Positions 6,046-10,339 of a stretch of DNA of 10,339 nucleotides are shown here, in pieces. The stretch comes from a virus (lineage: Duplodnaviria > Heunggongvirae > Uroviricota > Caudoviricetes), in the IMG/VR virus record IMGVR_UViG_2671180710_000010, positions 1 to 10,339 of that record; one strand, written 5' to 3'. Position 1 is the first letter of the stretch; the number at the start of each line of letters is the position of its first letter. Under the pieces are notes generated by a model, which was given only the letters and a program-made list of their open reading frames with translations, was not told where the DNA came from and ran no database searches. The position numbers and the translations under genes were made by a program.

Positions 6046-6230
6046 CTTCTGCATTTGCACTGGTAATGACTGTTTTTCTTATAACGGGTGAATCACAGAA
6101 TGTGATTACCGGAATTTATGCCAGTAAAGAATCCTGCCTCCAGGCAAGAGACGAGCAAAAAATTTCTGGTGAATGCCTCCCGTTAAAAAAAGTATCGCTG
6201 TACCTGAATAACGAAATACCGGCTGGATAA
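6042..6230 (+). CDS. ydfD: Small membrane protein, YdfD-like (62 aa)
   Basis: GTG start overlaps the dicB stop (GTGA), with a G-run 5 nt upstream. N-terminal hydrophobic segment AFALVMTVFLITG. Position matches ydfD after dicB in K-12 Qin (recalled). Confidence 0.55.
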   Translation: MTSAFALVMTVFLITGESQNVITGIYASKESCLQARDEQKISGECLPLKKVSLYLNNEIPAG

Positions 6231-6322
6231 CCCACCAGCCATATTAACGCCATACAAACGGATTAAAAATGCCAGCAATGGCAGGGATTCGCACAACCTT
6301 AAAATAGTAATGAGGTTTATCA

Positions 6323-8866
6323 ATGAGCACTGATAAAGAAACTTTTGCACTATATTGCGAAGCAAAAAATGACAAGGTCAGAAAACGCCTTGGGATTAAA
6401 GGTGGTTTTTACTGGACTACAGCAAAAAAATTATCTGTTGCCATCTCCCGCTGCATTACCGCAATGGATGATAATGATTATGACGAGGACGACTTTAAAA
6501 AACCTGTTCGCGTCCATTTACCCGTTGTGAATGACCTTCCTCCAGAAGGCGTGTTTGATACTGAATTCTGCAACCGTTACGAAAAAGGCGGGGAAGATGG
6601 TATCACAATGATATTTATAGCTCCTTCCCCTTCAGCTCAGGACAAACCTGCCAGCACTGACAATACCAGCGGCGAAGCTGTTACAGGTGTCAGCCGTGAC
6701 TGCGATGAACAAAGTGACTCTCAGACAGAGAACGCAGATAAAAGCGAATCCCCGGACAGCAACGATGACTGCCCTGAATGTGAAATCCCCGTCTCCACCC
6801 TGAGTCTTACCCATCGCTTCCTGCACCTCTACTTCTTTGGTCAGGAGTTCGACGAGAAATACAAACATCACGCCACACCAGAACAACGCAAGGACGTGAT
6901 CCGCATCGAAATGGATATGGAAGATGGAAACATACAGAGCCTGCTTACTGCAGTACGTTCGCATCCTGAGCTGGATAAGCTGACAAACCATCATCTTGGA
7001 AGACTGGCGCATTCGGTGGAAAAGGCATTCACTCACGCAACAACACGCCGTATCAGCCCGGCAGAATTCGACAAGTTCATTTCCACCTGGATGAAGACTG
7101 ACTACCTTGATCAGGGGCTGTTGACAAAAGAGTGGGCAAAGGGAAATTGCGTATCTGAAATCAATCGCACCCCGTCCGGCGCTAATGCTGGCGGAGGAAT
7201 TCTTACCGATCGCGGTGAAGGTTTTGTCCACGATGATGCGTCAGTGGAACGTGACGTTGCCGCTGGCGTTCTGGCCCGTTCAATGGACATCGATATTTAC
7301 AATCCACATCCGGCACACGCCAAACGCATTGAAGAAATCGTTTCAGAGAATAAGCCGCCCTTTTCTGTTTTTCGTGACAAACTCATCGCCATGCCTGGTC
7401 ACCTGGATTATTCCCGCGCGATAGTAGTTGCGTCCGTGAAAGAAGCACCAATTGGTATCGAGGCTACTCCCCACCGTGTTACCGAATATCTGAACAAAGT
7501 ACTGACCGAAACCGACCATGCCAACCCTGATCCAGAAATCGTGGATATTGCCTGCGGTCGCTCCTCTGCTCCAATGCCGCAGCGTGTAACAAAAGAAGGA
7601 AAACAGGATGATGAAGAAAAACCGCAGCCAACTGGCGCAATGGCAGATGAACAGGCAACGACTGAAGCAGTGGAACCGGATACAACTGAACATAATCAGG
7701 ACACGCAGTCGATGGATGCTCAGCCACAGATAAATTCTGTTGATGCGAAATATCAGAAACTGCGTGCAGAACTCCATGAAGCCAGGAAAAACATTCCACC
7801 CAAAAATCCTGTCGATGCAGATAAATTACTGGCTGCTTCTCACGGAGAATTTGTTGAAGGGATTAGCGACCCGAATGATCCGAAATGGGTGAAGGGGATT
7901 GAAACCCGCGATTCTGTGAACCAGAACCAGCACGAATCGGAACAAAACGACCAGAAAGCGGAACAAAACAGCCCAAATGCGTTACAAAACGAGCCAGAAA
8001 CGAAACAGCCTGAACCAGAAGAGCAACAAGAACCGGAAAAAGTCTGCACCGCCTGCGGTCAGACCGGCGACGGCAACTGTCCTGACTGTGGCGCGGTAAT
8101 GGGCGACGCAACATACCAGGAAACATTCAACGAAGAAAGCCAGGATGAAGCCCGGGAGAAAGATCCAGAGGAAATGGAAAGTGCCGTATACCCGAACAAG
8201 GAGTGCACCGAAGGCGATCAACATGCCAATGGCAATAATGAAACAGGCGAGACAGCAAATCCCTTAATTAAGGTGAACGGTCATCACGAAAGCACATCCA
8301 CCAGCAGGTTGTGGCACCATCTGATGATTGACCTTGAAACAATGGGCAAAAATCCTGATGCCCCAATAAACGCTCTGGCCGGTAAGTTTTTTGATCCGGC
8401 AACCGGAGAGATGGGGCCAGAATTCAGCAAAACTATCGATCTGGAAACCGCAGGCGGAGTCATCGATCGGGACACCATTAAGTGGTGGCTGAAACAGTCA
8501 CGGGAAGCACAATCAGCCATTCTGACCGATGAAATCCCGTTGGATGACGCACTGTTGCAATTACGGGAATTTATCGACGAAAACTCCGGTGAATTTTTTG
8601 TTCAGGTCTGGGGAAATGGAGCCAACTTCGACAACGTGATTTTACGCCGTTCATATGAACGGCAGGAGATCCCCTGCCCGTGGCGTTACACCAATGATCG
8701 TGATGTAAGAACGATTGTTGCCCTGGGGCTGGTGATGGATTTCGATGCTCGAAGTGTCATCACATTTGAGGGTGAACGCCATAATGCCCTGCACGATGCG
8801 CGTTACCAGGCAAAATACGTTTCAGCTATCTGGCAAAAACTGTTCCCGAATCAGGCTGATTTTTAA
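6323..8866 (+). CDS. Large multidomain protein with C-terminal DEDDh (DnaQ-like) 3'-5' exonuclease domain, in the recE/ydfE position
   Basis: 847-aa ORF with GAGG SD 7 nt upstream. C-terminal exonuclease motifs: MIDLETMG (D670, E672; nt 8324-8347), GANFDNVIL (D770; nt 8630-8632), HNALHDA (H820, D825; nt 8780-8797). Cys clusters CPEC (aa 150-153) and C-x2-C-x7-C-x2-C (aa 575-589, nt 8045-8089). Long acidic/Gln-rich low-complexity linkers. Confidence 0.8.
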   Translation: MSTDKETFALYCEAKNDKVRKRLGIKGGFYWTTAKKLSVAISRCITAMDDNDYDEDDFKKPVRVHLPVVNDLPPEGVFDTEFCNRYEKGGEDGITMIFIAPSPSAQDKPASTDNTSGEAVTGVSRDCDEQSDSQTENADKSESPDSNDDCPECEIPVSTLSLTHRFLHLYFFGQEFDEKYKHHATPEQRKDVIRIEMDMEDGNIQSLLTAVRSHPELDKLTNHHLGRLAHSVEKAFTHATTRRISPAEFDKFISTWMKTDYLDQGLLTKEWAKGNCVSEINRTPSGANAGGGILTDRGEGFVHDDASVERDVAAGVLARSMDIDIYNPHPAHAKRIEEIVSENKPPFSVFRDKLIAMPGHLDYSRAIVVASVKEAPIGIEATPHRVTEYLNKVLTETDHANPDPEIVDIACGRSSAPMPQRVTKEGKQDDEEKPQPTGAMADEQATTEAVEPDTTEHNQDTQSMDAQPQINSVDAKYQKLRAELHEARKNIPPKNPVDADKLLAASHGEFVEGISDPNDPKWVKGIETRDSVNQNQHESEQNDQKAEQNSPNALQNEPETKQPEPEEQQEPEKVCTACGQTGDGNCPDCGAVMGDATYQETFNEESQDEAREKDPEEMESAVYPNKECTEGDQHANGNNETGETANPLIKVNGHHESTSTSRLWHHLMIDLETMGKNPDAPINALAGKFFDPATGEMGPEFSKTIDLETAGGVIDRDTIKWWLKQSREAQSAILTDEIPLDDALLQLREFIDENSGEFFVQVWGNGANFDNVILRRSYERQEIPCPWRYTNDRDVRTIVALGLVMDFDARSVITFEGERHNALHDARYQAKYVSAIWQKLFPNQADF

Positions 8867-8932
8867 TGTTCAACCCATATCGCCGCCCACCAGCTATAGT
8901 GGCGGCGGTCATGCTGTAAGGCACGTGACCAC

Positions 8933-9184
8933 ATGTACGAATTAACTCTATCGCCAGCAGAAATTCAAGAGATCACGAGATACGAACGGTATACAAAACA
9001 GCAACAACAGTTAAGGTTGCACGGTATCCCATTTGTACCCGGTCCTAAAAACGAACCAATAGTTCTTCGCAGTGATGTCCCGCGCGGACTGACTGCGATA
9101 CCGAAAGTATCTGAACTGGTTTCTGCTGACCCCGATTTTGAGGCGCTGAACAATGGGAAGACCAAGAAAAAACAAAAAAGATAA
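8933..9184 (+). CDS. xis: Excisionase (Xis-like)
   Basis: 83 aa; N-terminus MYELTLSPAE and basic C-terminus NGKTKKKQKR resemble lambda Xis (MYLTLQEW... / ..RNGKKAKS, recalled). 3' end overlaps the int start by 32 nt, as in lambda. Confidence 0.6.
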   Translation: MYELTLSPAEIQEITRYERYTKQQQQLRLHGIPFVPGPKNEPIVLRSDVPRGLTAIPKVSELVSADPDFEALNNGKTKKKQKR

Positions 9185-10172
9185 TGCACTACCGCCACGT
9201 GTTAGATCGAATGGTTACAGTTACGTATGGAAACCCGAAGGAAGCACAAAAACTATAGGGCTCGGAAGAGTGCGGGAAACCACCATAGCTAAAGTCTGGC
9301 AGAATTATGAACTGGAAAAAGCAAAACGCCACAACATAATGACCGTCGCTAAATTATGGCACATGTTTATGGATTCCCCCGCATTTACAGAACTGGCCCC
9401 CAGAACCCAAAAAGATTATCGGCAACATCAGAGGGCGTTGCTGGCAGTCTTCGGAAAAGTACTGGCTGATAATGTAAAAATTGAGCAGGTAAGAATTTTC
9501 ATGGATAAACGGGGGATTGAGAGCAAGACCCAGGCAAACCATGAACTGGCAAGTCTCAGTCGTGTATACGGGTGGGGATATGAACGTGGATATGTGAAGA
9601 ATAACCCATGCAAAGGAGTCAGGAAATTTACGCTTAAAGCCCGCACTGTTTACATCACAGATGAACAGTATGCGGCGATATATGCGGAAGCAATACCACA
9701 GTTACGCATTGCAATGGAGATATCCTATCTTTGTGCGGCAAGACTCGGTGATGTGCTCGAGCTGAAATGGCAGGATATTATGGATAAAGGGATCTACATT
9801 GAGCAAAACAAGACCGGCACCAAACAAATCAAGGAATGGTCTCCACGATTACGAACCGCGATCCAGTTAGCCAGAAATGTATCTTCAGGCACATGTGAAT
9901 ATGTGATCAACACAACCAAGGGCGGGAAGGTCATAGCTAAAACGCTAAACAACTGGTGGAACCAGGCTAAACACGCAGCCGAGAAAAAATCCGGCGTCCC
10001 GTTTGGGTGCAATTTCCATGACATAAAAGCCAAAGGGATATCAGATTACGAAGGAAGCAGTCGCGACAAACAGATTTTCAGTGGACATAAAACAGAAAAT
10101 CAGGTGTTGATTTATGATCGTAAAACAAAAATCACGCCGACACTGGATTTGCCACTTGTGGTCAGCAAGTAG
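9153..10172 (+). CDS. int: Tyrosine integrase (lambda Int family)
   Basis: 339 aa. N-terminus MGRPRKNKKDNALPPRVRSNGYSYVWKPEGSTKTIGLGR resembles the lambda Int arm-binding N-terminus. C-terminal ..FHDIKAKGISDYEGSSRDKQIFSGHKTENQVLIYDRK aligns with lambda HELRSLSARLYEKQISDKFAQHLLGHKSDTMASQYRDDRG (recalled), including the catalytic Tyr. Lies next to the att core. Confidence 0.9.
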   Translation: MGRPRKNKKDNALPPRVRSNGYSYVWKPEGSTKTIGLGRVRETTIAKVWQNYELEKAKRHNIMTVAKLWHMFMDSPAFTELAPRTQKDYRQHQRALLAVFGKVLADNVKIEQVRIFMDKRGIESKTQANHELASLSRVYGWGYERGYVKNNPCKGVRKFTLKARTVYITDEQYAAIYAEAIPQLRIAMEISYLCAARLGDVLELKWQDIMDKGIYIEQNKTGTKQIKEWSPRLRTAIQLARNVSSGTCEYVINTTKGGKVIAKTLNNWWNQAKHAAEKKSGVPFGCNFHDIKAKGISDYEGSSRDKQIFSGHKTENQVLIYDRKTKITPTLDLPLVVSK

Positions 10173-10311
10173 GCAACTCAGGAAATTTTCTGGCAAAAAA
10201 AGACTTGGTATACTAACTCTGAAAGCTCCCTAACAGCCTGATTTTTCTAGGTGTTAAGTTTGGTTAATTTTTCAGCAGTTTTTTGTATTGCATTGATTTT
10301 TATTTGTTTTT

Positions 10312-10339
10312 CATCGGTCTTGAAAACCGGCGACCCGAA
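10312..10339 (+). other. Attachment-site core: 3' portion of a tRNA-Ser(UGA)-like sequence, truncated by the window end
   Basis: CATCGGTCTTGAAAACCGGCGACCCGAA forms an anticodon stem-loop (stem TCGGT/ACCGG, loop CTTGAAA, anticodon TGA). It matches my recollection of E. coli tRNA-Ser(UGA) from the anticodon stem onward (..CACCGGUCUUGAAAACCGGCGACCCGAAAGGG..). Upstream sequence is unrelated to a tRNA 5' half. Confidence 0.45.

Larger units (their letters stand above)
1..10314. mobile_element. Lambdoid prophage segment (Qin/Kim dicA-dicB type): replication module, immunity region, dicB operon, xis-int, ending at the att core
   Basis: Gene order and content: minus-strand cro-like / CII-position / O-like / P-like genes diverging from a plus-strand repressor (dicA) operon that ends in xis-int next to a tRNA-like fragment. 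Left boundary lies outside the window; right boundary approximate. Confidence 0.8.

Noticed and set aside
5869-6365. Minus-strand ORFs of 60-63 aa over dicB, ydfD and the start of the large gene
   Set aside because: Antisense to supported genes in an AT-rich region; no RBS.
6345-8520. Internal and antisense ORFs within the 847-aa gene (6345..6530, 6632..7231, 7185..7424, 7343..7777, 7479..7799, 7840..8049, 7863..8126, 7982..8224, 8284..8520)
   Set aside because: Nested in or antisense to the long ORF, which has a good RBS and recognisable catalytic motifs; translations are Cys/Phe/Arg-rich junk.
8745-9198. ORFs 8745..8945 (+) and 8965..9198 (-)
   Set aside because: The first overlaps the exonuclease 3' end out of frame; the second is antisense to xis and the int start.
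9354-10033. Minus-strand ORFs inside int
   Set aside because: Antisense to the integrase gene.
10295-10339. A complete tRNA gene at the window end
   Set aside because: Only the anticodon stem-loop onward is present; the upstream sequence lacks D-arm and acceptor-stem features, so this is a partial att-core copy.

Overview
The window reads as one arm of a lambdoid prophage of the Qin/Kim (dicA-dicB) type, ending at its attachment site in a tRNA-Ser-like sequence. The minus strand (1-3659) carries a cro-side early operon: dicC/cro-like, a YdaT/CII-position regulator, an O-like initiator with internal iterons (putative ori), a lambda-P-like helicase loader, then a two-winged-helix protein, an HTH protein and the start of a DUF4406-like gene. 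The plus strand (3736-10172) carries the repressor-side operon: dicA, ydfA-like, the dicF sRNA, a rha-family gene, dicB, a ydfD-like membrane peptide, an 847-aa protein with a C-terminal DEDDh 3'-5' exonuclease domain, xis and int. The most interesting items are the 847-aa exonuclease protein sitting where exo/bet or recE/recT would normally be, and a near-consensus promoter plus intrinsic terminator between dicF and rha that may define an undescribed sRNA or leader. All family assignments come from reading the translations and from recalled sequences, with no database search; coordinates were checked by hand against the sequence.
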